Below the pieces are notes generated by a model that saw only the letters and a list, made by a program, of their open reading frames with translations, searched no databases and was not told where the DNA came from. DNA of 64,000 nt from NCBI RefSeq assembly GCF_006345805.1, contig NC_043005.1, positions 10,664,001-10,728,000 of the forward strand, in the 5' to 3' direction. Positions within the stretch are counted from its first letter, which is position 1. Every line of letters begins with the position of its first letter. Shown one piece after another: positions 50,553 to 64,000 of the stretch. The position numbers and the translations under genes were made by a program. The DNA is from Octopus sinensis (lineage: Eukaryota).

Positions 50553-52131
50553 CCACATTCATTGTATTTATTATTGTATCTTTCATCCCCCCAGTTCCTA
50601 GTTTCTTCTCTCTTGCACACTAATTATCTTCTTAAGTGTTTCATGTCACTTTTTTTACTGGCTACACTGTACCTAATTTTTTTTTTTTCTGTTTTTTCTA
50701 TCATTCATTCATTTTTTTTTCTTCTGTTTTTACTTTTTATGTTGGAGTTGGGTGGTATCATCATGTGGTATTTAATTTTATTTCATACATTGATACCCTT
50801 TTATCATATAGAAATGAAATCAAAGATGGAGTCCAAATAAACAGAATTATCATCTTCTCTTGTTTTTAAGTAAATTGGTAGATAAGTAGCTATATTGATA
50901 GACTACACACAGTAAATACTGGGGGTTGTTTGTTGAAAGAAAAAAAAAAGGAATTATTTACTTTTTAATTTTCATTTTTGAAATGAATTCTTCTAAGAGT
51001 AATAATTATTTTAGTTAATATTAATCTTAACCTATAAAGTAAGATGTGTATATGCTTGTATATAACCAGTTCTGTTTCTTCAACGACAGATAAATATTAA
51101 GGCATTGATTGATTGATCTCGTAGTAGTATGTTACTACTGTTTAGTTTCGGTGAATACTTAATCCTATTTCCAGAAGTGTGTTATAATAAAATATTTGAA
51201 GTGATTATAGTGGAAACCAATAGATTCTTAAAATCATACATTTTTACTAGCTTTATTTATATACCTCATGTTGTTGTAAATAAATGATCGTTGCCAAGTT
51301 TTCTCTGGGAATTCTAGCTGCGTGTATAGATAGTGCTACTAAAATTGCTTTAACTTCATCAATTTGAGCAGGGAGGTATTTTGGTTGAAATGCACTCCAT
51401 GGAAGCAGCATCAAAATAAATTATCTGTGAATACATTATCCAATGTAGATGTTGTATGTTGTAGTATTGTATATTGATTTTTTTTTTATTAATATATTAT
51501 CTAGGGATATATGCGTTTTATATATTGTTTCTATAGGAAAAAAAATTGTTTTAATTTTTCTATCTATATTTGCTTGTTTATATTTTTTTCCAAATTAAAG
51601 ATAGATATTGTTCTATTAAACAGCTTCCTTTAGTTGGGAAATAGTAATTAATGCAATATTTAATTAGAAGCAGTTTGTTATTGGCTAATCGGAATTGATA
51701 TTACTTCACAATTTTGCCAAAAATTGTATGTAAATTCTCCGTTATTGCATTCTGAAGGATTATTTTTTCATCCCCTTTATTAAGGAGTACAAAATTAAAA
51801 ATTGATCTCCATTGAAATGATAATTTAATAATGAAATTAGTTAATGAACAGAATAAAGATTTATTTGTTAAAATAAACCCTAAAATTATTGATATTTTAT
51901 TCTTAGGGATTTTTATTTTAGAAAACTCATCTTTATCATATTTACATTATAATTAATTTACCTAATCACTCGGTGCACATTTTATTTTTTTCTATTAAAC
52001 TGGCAAGTAAATTAAGTCTTTGGTTTCAACTTTTCTGTTCATTTAATTTTTGTCCTTTTTGTAGTAAACTATATTATTCTGTACCACATCAGACCGAAAT
52101 GATCAAACCACTGATAGAAACCATTGAAAGT

Positions 52132-52550
52132 ACTCTCTCTCTTTTTTCTCTTTTACTTGTTTCAGTCATTTGACTGCAGCCATGCTGGAGCACCGCCTTT
52201 AGTCGAGCAAATCGACCCCGGGACTTATTCTTTGTAAGCCCAGTACTTATTCTATCAGTCTCTTTTGCCGAACCGCTAAGTGACGGGGACGTAAACACAC
52301 CAGCATCGGTTGTCAAGCAATGCTAGGGGGACAAACACAGACACACAAACACACACGTACACACATATATATATATATACATATATACGACAGGCTTCTT
52401 TCAGTTTCCGTCTACCAAATCCATTCACAAGGCATTGGTCGGCCCGGGGCTATAGCAGAAGACACTTGCCCAAGATGCCACGCAGTGGGACTGAACCTGG
52501 AACCATGTGGTTGGTTAGCAAGCTACTTATCACACAGCCACTCTTGCACC
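52132..52550 (-). mobile_element. SINE family B, full length
   Basis: Colinear; possible TSD AAAGTA on both sides. Confidence 0.92.
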
Positions 52551-55075
52551 TAAAGTAGGATCAGTTTTATGGGAATTTTGTTATATGTTGTTCCCATCAT
52601 CATTATCATAACATCCACTTTCCTTAGCTGTTGTGGATAAGCCAACAAACTGCATTTCAAAATTCTTACCTTTTTGTTGATGTATGAGGTAATAGCAACC
52701 TGTTTTCGTATGTTGACATATGACCTTCTTATGGCATAGATTATATGCAATTGCATATGAGCAATCGAGAAACATCCAAGTGATATCTGTTAACTTATGG
52801 GGGATTTCTGAAATAAACGAAAATGCAACTATTTAAATGAAAAGTGTTAACGTTCAGAGGCAATGCATGTTGAAAGTTTAGTAAATTGAACTGAAAAAGT
52901 AGAAAGATTAAAAATAAACATATTTTAATTTAAAAACAGTTGAGCTTTTGCTCTTTAAGTTAGGGTATTAAATAGTGAATTCCAAATTGAATCATTTTAA
53001 CATTAGTATTCAAATTAGATACTGATTTATTACTTAGAAAAATCTCATGTGAGGAATAAAGTTTAATCCCAAATTAATCTAAATTTCTGGCTAAATTGTT
53101 TTCTGATTTTTGTTTTGCATTCTCTTAGTTGTATCCTCAGTGTAATCTTAGGTATAATCAATTAAGCACTGTAGTATAACAGAAATGGTCCCTCATTGTT
53201 CATGTGCAGTTCATTCAACAAATTTCTTCATGAATTTCACAAGTCTTGACTCAAAAGACCAATTTTTGTATCTGATAATTATCTTACAGTTCCCATTTTT
53301 AATAGCTGAAAAATGAAGTGATGTGAAGGGTCCTTCAAACATTCATTTGCTGTTCATTATGATCATATTCATGCATGTTTGTGTGTGTGTGTGCACATAC
53401 CTTCATTACAGACCACTCTGTTGCAAGTACGCAGATCAGGTCTTTTCCTCTCTTCTTCCTTCTAGACCCAGAGGCCTTTAGAATGTACTACTTTTATTAA
53501 ATATTGATTTTTAATAGTCACAAGATTTGATGTTTTCGGGTATAGCCTGTTCTCCACTAGTTGTTTGGTTTGTATTTTATGAAAGAAGAATAAAAGGCAA
53601 AGCTGATGGTACTGAAGAATTGAATGGAAACTCTTGATGATTGAAGTCGGGAAAGAGAAGAAATCTTTGAGGCATAAGTGAATTAAAGCAAGTGAAGAAG
53701 GAAAGGTACCACTGAAACTGCTTTAAAATGGTATTAAGAAGTGCCTCTGCTCGCTGGTGCTAATTGAGAGGAGGAGGGGAAGAAGATGGCTCAAATAGCT
53801 AAGCCAAAGAAATTTATTGAAAATCCTTTGTGAAAGGTTTCTTTGAGGAGAGCAGAAATGCAGGCAGAGATGAATGGTTAAGATATTTGCTTTGTACAAA
53901 TACTAAGCATTATATTCCACTTTTGCTTCAGGTTAACCAATGCCTTATGACTGAAATTTTGTAGGTGGGAACTGTGTGGAAGCCCATTGTGTATATGCAC
54001 GTGTATATTTATAATATGATGATGTGCTTTTCTATCAATTTTGATGTGTGACTATCCAGTTGTTCATATCAGCAGAACAACCGATGTGTTAAATCAGTGT
54101 TTGAACTGGGTGTATATTCCATAGATATGTGTAGCCTTAATTTAATTCTTAAGTAGAATCAGCACAGGGTCAGACCTTTGAATTACAGGTATAATCCATC
54201 TGACCAGTTTCTACAGCTTCTGTCTTTCCATTTTCACTCACAAGGCTTGGGTTGTCTGAAAGCCATGTTAAAGATAAGTGACCAATATGTCATGCATTGG
54301 TATCAAAGCTAAGACCTTATTGATTCTGAAGCATACTTTTAACTATTGACACTCGCCTGCCTCTGCCACACTCACTATATGGTGATTGGTGAGTAAGATG
54401 ACCTCTCTAGTGTTGGTGCCATGGAAAATGCACCTAGTACATATGGAAAGTGGTTGGCAAAAAAGCAGAGAAAACATACGTTTGTGAGGTCCTTTTCGTC
54501 CATGAATTATTAGTACCAGAAGGAAATGCACCCAGTACAAGTTGTTAGCAGTAGTACAGGATCTAGTTTTTGAAACCAAGTCAAAAAGTGATGGTGGCGT
54601 CTACAGGTATCAGCGTATGGGAGCAGAGGCTCCCAATAAGAGATAACTTGCATGTTGATAACCATTCCAACCCATGCCAGTATGAAAAGCTGGTGTAAAA
54701 TAATGATTGACATGATACTAATGTGTGACTGTTTGCTTGTGCCTACGTGTGTACTCTAAATACTCAGTAGTAATTACTTTACTAAATGGAGTGTAACCTT
54801 GGTGGAGTTAGACATTCATTTAATAGAGATTGATACAATGAGTACACCATACTATATACTGGGATCAGAATAATCGATAAAATCTTTGAGTGTACATTGA
54901 ACCCATGCTAGCATGGAAAGCGGACGCTAAACGATGATGATGATGATGCGTGTGTGTGTGCATACAGAATACAAAGGAACAGGAAATTGAAGTTTGCTCT
55001 GTTAATATATAATTATCTATATAATTTGTGTGTGTGTATAATGTATACTGCAAATATCTTTCAGATTATATCTTA

Positions 55076-55471
55076 CTAGCAGTATCGCCCGGCGTTGCTC
55101 GGGTTTGTAAGGGAAATAACTATATAAGCATTTTTAGAGATGTAAAGTATAATAGCCATCTCAATATGGCTAACCACAAAGGGGGTGGGGTGTTACTGTA
55201 GCTTTTTACGTTCTGAGATTTAATAAATTTTTAGAGAGTTACTTCCCTTATATATGCCAAATTTGCATTAAAAATGGGAAAAATTGATGGTAAATTTTTT
55301 TTTAAATCATAGACTCATCGTAGACACGCGCTAATACCCAGAAGGGCTCGATATGAATCACGACTATAAGATACCCGGTTTTGGTTAAACTGCACCGCAA
55401 AATGTGGGAGTAGTTAGGAATCTAAATCGTAGGAGACAGACAGCACACAACCTGTCTTTTATATATAAAGA
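55076..55471 (-). mobile_element. Non-autonomous Helitron, same family
   Basis: Reverse complement of 31520-31921 at both ends, with the same A|TC...CTAG|T junctions. Confidence 0.88.
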
Positions 55472-56054
55472 TGTCCAGAATCATATCTTCTTTTAGAAAG
55501 CCAAAATAAATTGCTACAGCTGCCATTTTTCAGACACATAATAATAATCGTGATCATCGTTTTTAGCATTTCCCTTTCCATATTTGCGTGGGTCAGATGA
55601 TATTTGTTGAGGGAGAATTTCTGTCGTTTGATTTTCTTCCTGCTGCCTATTCTCACTTCTTTCCAAGCACAGAAGTATTTTCCCCTTGTTCAGATATATT
55701 TCTATAGCATATTGCAAACAAATGTCACCACCTGTATGAATGGTGAATATCGTTTATATCTAGTACATGATGACAAGGCAAGGAAACAAACATACGTACA
55801 TATACCTATATATGCCAGGCTTCTGTTCAGTTTCTTTCCACCAAATACTCTTACAAAGCTTTGATTGACTTGTGTCTATAGTAGAAGGCCCTTGTCTAAA
55901 GCTGAAATTTACATAGTTGCAAAGCAACACACCCATGCTAGCACCTACATTTGAATATTCATAGGCACACCTTAAAAGAAATACAATGTTTGCTCACTCC
56001 ATTTCTAGTCGTACGCAACTGTATTTTTTTTTTTATAATGAAGCCTTTGTGTAT

Positions 56055-56272
56055 TACTCTTTTACTTGTTTCAGTCATTTGACTGCGGCCATGCTGGAGC
56101 ACCGCCTTTAGTCAAGCAAATCGACCCCGGGACTTATTCTTTGTAAGCCCAGTACTTATTCTATCAGACTCTTTTGCCGGACCGCTAAGTGACGGGGACG
56201 TAAACACACCAGCATCGGTTGTCAAGCAATGCTAGGGGGACAAACACAGACACACAAACATATACACACACA

Positions 56273-56328
<56 letters not shown>

Positions 56329-56489
56329 CGACAGGCTTCTTTCAGTTTCCGTCTACCAAATCCACCCACAAGGCATTGGTCGGCCCGGGGCTATAGCAGA
56401 AGACACTTGCCCAGGATGCCACGCAGTGGGACTGAACCCGGAACCATGTGGTTGGTTAGCAAGCTACTTACCACACAGCCACTCCTGCG
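56055..56489 (-). mobile_element. SINE family B, full length
   Basis: Colinear with the other copies. Confidence 0.92.
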
Positions 56490-56857
56490 TATATTAAAAG
56501 TTTTCTTTTCAAAATATAAAATTGCTGACTCGTCAAATTTGTTCTCCATTTTTCTTTACTCTGTATACCTATCACACAAAAGAATGATAAATTTATAGAA
56601 GGTACTTGGTGAGTTTTTTCAAGATTACTGTGCATACTTGTTTACCATTTGAGACTAGATTTATTCCACCTTCAAAACCACCAGTAGTCACAGTCAAAAC
56701 TGACTGCGATATTGTCATGACAACTGGAATGTTCTGCACTGATGAAGTCTTCCTTGCTTTACTATGGAAATTGTTTATTCAACTCCAATCTAAACACTCA
56801 GTTGGTTATGAATAAATCTTATTTTTCTATGTCTGTCTGTCTGTCTCTCTTTCTCTT

Positions 56858-57495
56858 AATATATATATATATACACAAACACATATATATATATATATTG
56901 ATATATATATACAATATATATTGTATATATATTATATATAGTATATATTATATATGTATATATATTCATATAATTATATATATATAGATATAATATATAT
57001 ATTATATATATAGTATATATATAGATATATATTATATATATATATATAGTATATATATAGTATATATAAAGTATACATAAGTATATATATATTATATATA
57101 ATATAGTATATATATGTATATACATATATGTATATAGTATATATATAGTATATATAAAGTATACATATAGTATATATATATTATATATCTATATAGTATA
57201 TATATGTATATACATATATATGTATATAGTATATATATTATATATGTATTAGTATACATATAGTATATATATGTATATACATATAATATATATATATATG
57301 TATATAGTATATATATTATATATGTATATAGTATACATAGTATATATATGTATATACATATATATATATATATATATATAGTATATATATTATATATGTA
57401 TATAGATATATATTATATGTATATAGTATATATATATATATGTATATAGTATAATATAGTATATATATATAATTATATATATATATATGTATATG
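56858..57495. repeat. Long compound (TA)n-derived microsatellite
   Basis: ~640 bp of TA/TAG/TATG variants. Confidence 0.95.
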
Positions 57496-58221
57496 GATAA
57501 ATACCACCTTGCAAATGGGTGAAATTTGGAGACAGAGAGGGCATCTGGTTGTAGAAAATTTGCCTCAAGTACATTCTGTCTGACTTTTGTGAGCATGGAA
57601 AAGAAAGCTTTAAAATACTGAAAATATATATCTACATATACATACCTATAGGCATTTTACACACACACATACACACACACACACACACACATATGGGTTT
57701 GTTTATACAAGTAGGAAAAATAGAACTCAAACCATGACTTTTTTTGTTTTTAAATTTTGGTAGGTGAAACAAAGGAACAAAGTGACTCAAGGGTTGAGAG
57801 TTTCGTGTGTGGCACTTATAATATATATATACACACAAACCTATATAGACATGCATAGATGTTTCACATTGACCAGCTTACAATATTTTTTTAAGTAATC
57901 ATATTTAAAAATGCTTGAAGTTCTCTCTGTATATGCATATGCGTGTGTGTGCTTGTGTGCATAAATAGATAGATAGATATACTATACACACAGGTACACA
58001 CAGTGCAAAACAAGGTGAGTTAACGAATAGTATATTGTAGAAATCAAGGATAGATAGTATTATATATATTATTTTAAAAAATTCTAGTGTTGCGGATCGA
58101 CAGAATCGTTAATCGTAATATTATTTTGTTATGCCCTTTTATATTTAGCAAATCTCAGTATGGCTTCTACTTCTCTGTGGTCAAGAAAATAAAATAACTC
58201 TCAGCTACTGTGCTTCTTTAA

Positions 58222-58442
58222 CCCTTTCGTTACCAACCCGGCTGAAACCGGCTCTGGCTCTGTTGTACAAATGTTTTGTTTTCATAAGTATTGAATTAAA
58301 ATCTTCCACCAAACCTTAGTCACAATTTATGTTCCTAACACTAGCTTAATGATAACGAAGTTATTTTATTAAATTCTTTGTTATATTTAAAGTAATTGAA
58401 AGAAATACGGTGCATCTCAAAATAAATACAGTAATGAAAGGG
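58222..58442. mobile_element. piggyBac-type MITE (~220 bp)
   Basis: TTAA TSD; TIR CCCTTTCGTTAC / GTAATGAAAGGG. Confidence 0.9.
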
Positions 58443-59728
58443 TTAAGCCAGTGATATCCCATCCCTCAAAGAATCTGGGAAGAATTTAATTTTTTTTATT
58501 TTTTAAAATATCTTTTTAGTTTTAGTTGTGTCATTTTGGTGATACTGTCTTTTATGATAACTTAGGGGCAGAAATAGCAGATTATGATTCGTTGTTTTTT
58601 GTAAAGTGTTAATGTTCAAACACTGAACTCTATTGAAGCTACTCCATCATAGTATCCTTAGCTAAGATATCATTATATTTAACTAGTTCCACTTCAAGTC
58701 AGTCTCTATAAATTCAAGCGACAATTAGATAAATGTTAGAAAAGCAGAAAAGCTTATACATTGGTATTAAGTAATATCTTGTGTGAGCTTGCTACCCTGG
58801 TTGTTAATTGGAATAATTATAAAACAGCATTTAATAGAAAGACATGGACAGTGGTTGGCATTCAATTTCCAGAATAATATGCAAATTATTTCAAATTTGT
58901 TAGCTCAGTAAAATGGGTTTTAAGCCATAAAATATATTGAACAGTAAAATACTTTCTAGAATATTCAGTGATTTGTGTTTTCCTTAAAAGAATTGAAATC
59001 TTTTAGAAATAAATTTAAATAGAAATGTGTTGCAATTACTGCTTGTTAATGACACTTTCCACATTAAAAATGGAGCTGATGGTTTTATTTAATGGTAATT
59101 TGGCATCAGGGGAGGTAAATCACTATTTCTTTTCTCTTGCATTTTGAGAATACTTAGGTTCTATTACTCACTCCTGCTACTGCTACTTGGATGACGACCA
59201 TGGCGGCGTCATTGATTTTTTTTTTTACAAATACCTCCATACCCCACCCCTCTCTTGCACTCACACATTGTATGGATGTCATTTCAGATATTTTGAAATT
59301 TGATGGTTTCTTCTGATAAATATTATTAACTTTCTCGTCTCTTTCAACTATAATTGTTTTGCTTTAGATTACTCCCTCTCCCTCTCTCTCTCTCTAAAAT
59401 AATTGTTTACTACTAATCATATGGCTTGTAAGCTATACAATAGCTTTGGGGATTTTCTGGTTTTCTAACATCTATCTAATTTTCTACTGAATTTATAAGA
59501 ATTAAGTTGTCAGGCATATTCGGCATTTACTAAATATATTCTATCTCCACTGAATATATTTTGCCACTTATAATATATTTATATATATTATATTGATGTC
59601 ATCATATTCTCCCCCCTCCCTCACACTTGTCATGAACAATATTTTCATTATGATACTGACTATTATCACAGTGTAGTTGAAAAATTCTGATAGATTAAAG
59701 ATTTTTATAACCATAGGTTATAACCACA

Positions 59729-59800
59729 GGTTCTATGGTGTAATGTTTAGCACTCTGGACTCTGAATCCAGCGATCCGAGTTCATGTCTCGGTAGAACCT
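59729..59800 (+). tRNA. tRNA-Gln(CTG) gene or pseudogene
   Basis: 72 nt GGTTCTATGGTGTAATGTTTAGCACTCTGGACTCTGAATCCAGCGATCCGAGTTCATGTCTCGGTAGAACCT. Acceptor stem GGTTCTA/TAGAACC pairs, anticodon CTG at 59762-59764, T-runs immediately downstream. Invariant G19 and A58 are both T. Confidence 0.85.
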
Positions 59801-59814
59801 GATTTTCTTTTATA

Positions 59815-60220
59815 GGCGCAGGAGTGGCTGTGTGGTAAGTAGCTTGCTAACCAACCACATGGTTCCGGGTTCAGTCCCACTGCGTGACACCTTGGGCAAG
59901 TGTCTTCTACTATAGCCTCGGGCCGACCAAAGCCTTGTGAGTGGATTTGGTAGATGGAAACTGAAAGAAGCCCGTCGTATATATGTATATATATATGAAT
60001 GTGTGTGTCTGTGTTTGTGCCCCTAGCATTGCTTGACAACCGATGCTGGTGTGTTTACGTCCCTGTCACTTAGCGGTTCGGCAAAAGAGACCGATAGAAT
60101 AAGTACTGGGCTTACAAAGAATAAGTCCCGGGGTCGATTTGCTCGACTAAAGGCGGTGCTCCAGCATGGCCGCAGTCAAATGACTGAAACAAGTAAAAAG
60201 AGTAAAAAAAAAAAAAGAGT
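59815..60220 (+). mobile_element. SINE family B, full length, 14 nt downstream of tRNA-Gln
   Basis: Colinear with the other copies. Confidence 0.92.
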
Positions 60221-61216
60221 ATATTTCAAATTTAAAAAAAAAAAAGCTTTGATTAATTTGAAAAATAATGAGAACTTGGAGTGATTTAGTATAGTAATGC
60301 TAACTTATTTATATGTATGTATGTTAAGCTAGTGGTTATAAGAAGAAAAAAAAAAAGGTTTTCTCCTAAAATTATGAGGGAAAACTTTAAATCTAGGCTT
60401 TGTGTCAAAGCCAGAAACAATTTTGAGCAGTTTAATAGCAAAATAGTTGTGTGGATGATGGAAAAGAGACCAGTAAAAGAGTGATATTTAATTATGAATG
60501 ATTCGATCCGAAAGATAGTCTGACAGGATTCAGGATTTATACTTTACTGCTTGTTGCATTATATATTAACATTGCACACTTAGTATTCCAATAATGTGTA
60601 ATTAGTATCTTTATGAATTCATCTGCAATTGTAGCTTATTGATAAGTAGGAAAGAAAAAAGCTTACATTGCAAGGGAGTTAATTCTGCTTAAACGGTTAA
60701 TTTCCTATACTGTATCAAATATCTGTTGAATCTTTCTTTTATATATATATTGTCTAATTGCTGTTACAGCTATGTTCACTTACGTCTATTTCAATTTAAA
60801 CTCCTTCTTTCAGTTCTTAAAATTTCTCTGGTCGTGAGATCCATGTCAGTGGATTATGTTAACACTCAAATATATTGATTTGGTATTCCTGAATTGGGCT
60901 AAAGGAACGGGTTGTGTCCGGAAGCATAGCCTTAATGAATGAATGCTAATTTATTCAATTTCTGATATTTATATTGAATGTGTTCTTAAGGTTTGTGATT
61001 ATCATTGTTGTCATCTTAACATTCACTTTCTCAAAATTGCATGGGTTAGACAGGATTTGTTAAGAGAGAATCTCTATAGCCAGATGCCCTTCCTGTTGTC
61101 AACTCACGCCTGTTTTCAAGCAATGTATTATTTCCCAAAGCTGGATATGTTTCCCACAGAAGGCTGGAAAGGAACAACATCACTTCTATAATAGTGATGC
61201 TCATTTACAACCATAA

Positions 61217-61325
61217 CATCATCATCATCATCATCGTTTAACGTCCGCTTTCCATGCCAGCATGGGTTGGACGGTTCAACTGGGGTCTGGGAAGCCCGAA
61301 GGCTGCACCAGGCCAGTCAGATCAT
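61217..61325 (-). mobile_element. Retroposon family C 3' fragment inserted in an older chimeric SINE (about 60980-61520)
   Basis: (CAT)n + CGTTTAACGTCCGCTTTCCATG. Further short or old family C copies at 4452-4660, 12675-12815, 24475-24700, 26990-27150, 35645-35860 and 54899-54947. Confidence 0.8.
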
Positions 61326-62852
61326 GATGGCAAAAAAATGGGTAAATACACACATTCATATGACAAGCTTCACTCAGTTTCTGTTTACCAAATACACTCA
61401 AAAGGCTTTGGTTGAACCAAGGCTTTAGAAGAAGACATTTGCTCAAAGTGCCACAAAGGTGAATTGAACCCAAGATAACATGGCTAGAAAGCAAGCTTCG
61501 TAACCACACAGCCACATCTGCACTATTGTTTCTAGTATTTCATATATGGATATTACAGAACTTCTGAATTTCTCATCCTTTCTAAATGATTTTTATCACC
61601 CACCAGGCAATGTCAAATACTTTCCCTATGAGTTGGGAAAGGCAAGATATAGTGACTTCAACAAAGGCAAGATATAATTACTTGTTCTTCAAACAGGAAA
61701 GGTATAGTTACTTGTTCTTCAACAAGTACCTCTATTTTGATGGTTTTTATACATTAGTTATTCCCATTATAGAAATTAATTTCTAGTGCACAATCCTTAG
61801 TATTTCTGGAAAACTATACAGTGATGCTAACATACTCAAGTGAATAATACCCACTTGAAGCTTGGCAAACATATTCCAGTATATATATAACATGCCCAGC
61901 GTATCTCCATGGTTAATTTTTGCTTCTGTAGTCTTTCAGATTTCTTTGTCCCCTAACCTTTACTGCTAGTTCACCGTATCCTGCTCACCTTTACTACTAC
62001 TGAGGATCCTAATTTTACCTTTTGCTAAAAAAAAAAGCTTACACTTTCAATCTCTAGTTTTTTTAATTGTTGCACTCAAAACGTTTTCAGACTAAAATAT
62101 TCAAGTATTTCTACTTCAGCTGGTCATTAAATAAAAAAAAATATTGCCAGTTTACTTCTCTTTGATTGCATTTTATTAGTTACCTTTTATGTTGCATATA
62201 GAAAGAATCATTATCCTCGTGCTATCATTGGGTGAAAGATATTTACAAATGCATCATCAAATGTGTTTATCGTAGTGTCAGTGTAAGACCAAGGGCTTTT
62301 ATCATACTGTCAGTACCAGTGTAAGACCATGGATGTTTGTCATAGGATCAGAACTTACATGATTCCAAGTTTTTTTTATAAGAGTATCAGTACCAATGTA
62401 TGAACAAGAATGTATATTACAGTTTTGATAACAATGTAAGACTATGAGTGTGTGTGTGTGTGTGTTTATGTTTATTTGCACATATATGCATATGTGTGTA
62501 TTTCTATATGTAAATGTATGTCTGTGTCTATATACGTACGCCTTATGGAAGTCTGTTTATTTTCGTTTGATATTTACTGAATGATATCCTACCCCCGGCC
62601 AGATAGTAATATCAATCAGTGTATATTACCATTTTACCCCATATTTGTGTATTTATTCATTTATGTATTTATTTGTATCCCATATTGTGTAGTCATTTGT
62701 GTTTGCATGGCCTTTGCATGATTTAATAGAGATGAAAATATTGGTAGGGTTTCCATATTAACTATCGGGATACTATCAGAGCTGAGACAACTCTGTTCCC
62801 TGTATTAGCTTTTGTATATATATATATATAACAACAATCATAATAATAATAA

Positions 62853-63065
62853 TACTTTCTACTATGGGCACAGGGCCTGAAATTTTGGATGAGGGGGCTA
62901 GTCGATGACATCAACCCCAGTGCTCAACTGGTACTTCTTTGTTGACCCTGAAAAGAAGAAAGGGCAAAATCAACCTCAGCAGAATTTGAACTCAGTACAT
63001 GAAGACACACGAAATACCACTATGTATTTTATCTGGCATGCTAACGATTCTACCAGCTCACCACT
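62853..63065 (-). mobile_element. SINE family E, alternative tail
   Basis: Same central domain; tail shared with 22943-23030. Confidence 0.7.
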
Positions 63066-63501
63066 TTCATAATAATAAGTAGAATAAGAATTGTTTCAAA
63101 TTTTGGCACAAGGCCTGTAATTTTAAGTGGTGGTGGGAGCTAGTCCTTGACCTTTGTTGTCTCTGCATAAAGACATCTGTCTCTACTCCTCTATACCTTT
63201 AATCTCACAACTGGCACAGAATCACACACCCCTTAATACTACTCACTCTTCCTGCTGAGCGGGGTTTTGTCTTGCAAGGTACTTGGCCACTCTGCTGGCC
63301 AAAACAGACAATGGAGCCTGGTGAAGCTCCTATCAAACCTTCCAACCTATGCCAGCATGGGAACTGGACGTTAAATGATGGTGATAATGAAAAGGATGAA
63401 AGGCAAAGTCGATCTCATTGGGATTTGAACATGAAACATAAAAAGCTGGAAGAAATGCTATTATCTTGCTAACAATTCTGCCAGCTTGTCATCTTATAAA
63501 T

Positions 63502-63861
63502 GGAGGCGCAATGGCCCAGTGGTTAAGGCAGCGGACTCGCAGTCGTAGGATCGCAGTTTCGATTCCCAGACCGGGCGCTGTGAGTGTTTATTGAGCGAAA
63601 ACACCTAAAGCTCCATGAGGCTCTGCTGTACTCTTTCACCACAACTTTCTCTCACTCTTACTTCCTGTTTCTGTTGTACCTGTATTTCAAAGGGCCAGCC
63701 TTGTCACTCTCTGTGTCACGCTGAATATCCCCGAGAACTACGTTAAGGGTACACGTGTCTGTGGAGTGCTCAGCCACTTACACGTTAATTTCACGAGCAG
63801 GCTGTTCCGTTGATTCGGATCAACCGGAACCCTCGTCGTCGTAACCGACGGAGTGCTTCCA
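63502..63861 (+). mobile_element. SINE family A, full length with short internal deletion
   Basis: 12-bp TSD CATCTTATAAAT at 63490-63501 and 63862-63873; lacks the GGCAGGGG...GATCCC segment. Confidence 0.92.
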
Positions 63862-64000
63862 CATCTTATAAATAATAAGTTTTGAAGGGAACGAGTTAAT
63901 CAATTCCATCAACCCCTGTACTTCACTGATTCTTTATTCAATTGCGAAGGTTGAATTGCTGATGCTTCAGTTGTGAGAGAAAAACATTTTTGTTTTCTTT

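Noticed and set aside
50407-50840. Poly-His/Ser/Ile/Met/Asp ORFs
   Set aside because: (CAT)n microsatellite in six frames.
56738-56775. CTGATGA...GAAA hammerhead-like spacing
   Set aside because: Stem II does not close against GAAA and no stems I/III were found.
59197-59320. Kozak-like ACCATGGCGGCG start within a small ATGACG/CGTCAT hairpin
   Set aside because: Short frame running through poly-T, with no recognisable product or convincing donor.

Overview
AT-rich, microsatellite- and SINE-dense animal genomic DNA. The repeat set (tRNA-headed CORE-type SINEs with internal (TA)n(TG)n, (GAT)n-tailed retroposons, TTAA MITEs) looks cephalopod (Octopus-like); that is inference. The window lies in the 5' part of a + strand gene for a LAR-family (type IIa) receptor tyrosine phosphatase. 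It has one unambiguous Ig1 exon (10114-10407), a well-signalled 42-nt symmetric microexon (8880-8921) and a probable signal-peptide exon (1966-2320) whose reading frame is interrupted by an in-frame TAG at 2254-2256. The remaining ~53 kb appears to be intron filled with SINEs, CR1 and RTE LINE fragments, piggyBac-type MITEs, two non-autonomous Helitrons, a mutated tRNA-Gln(CTG) and simple repeats. Almost all ORF-track entries are microsatellite or SINE artefacts. Best leads: the UAG-interrupted leader (A-to-I editing, readthrough, a 60-nt mini-intron or a short leader), the microexon with an adjacent Rbfox motif, two pre-miRNA-like intronic hairpins, closely spaced inverted SINE pairs, and a templated-insertion repair scar.
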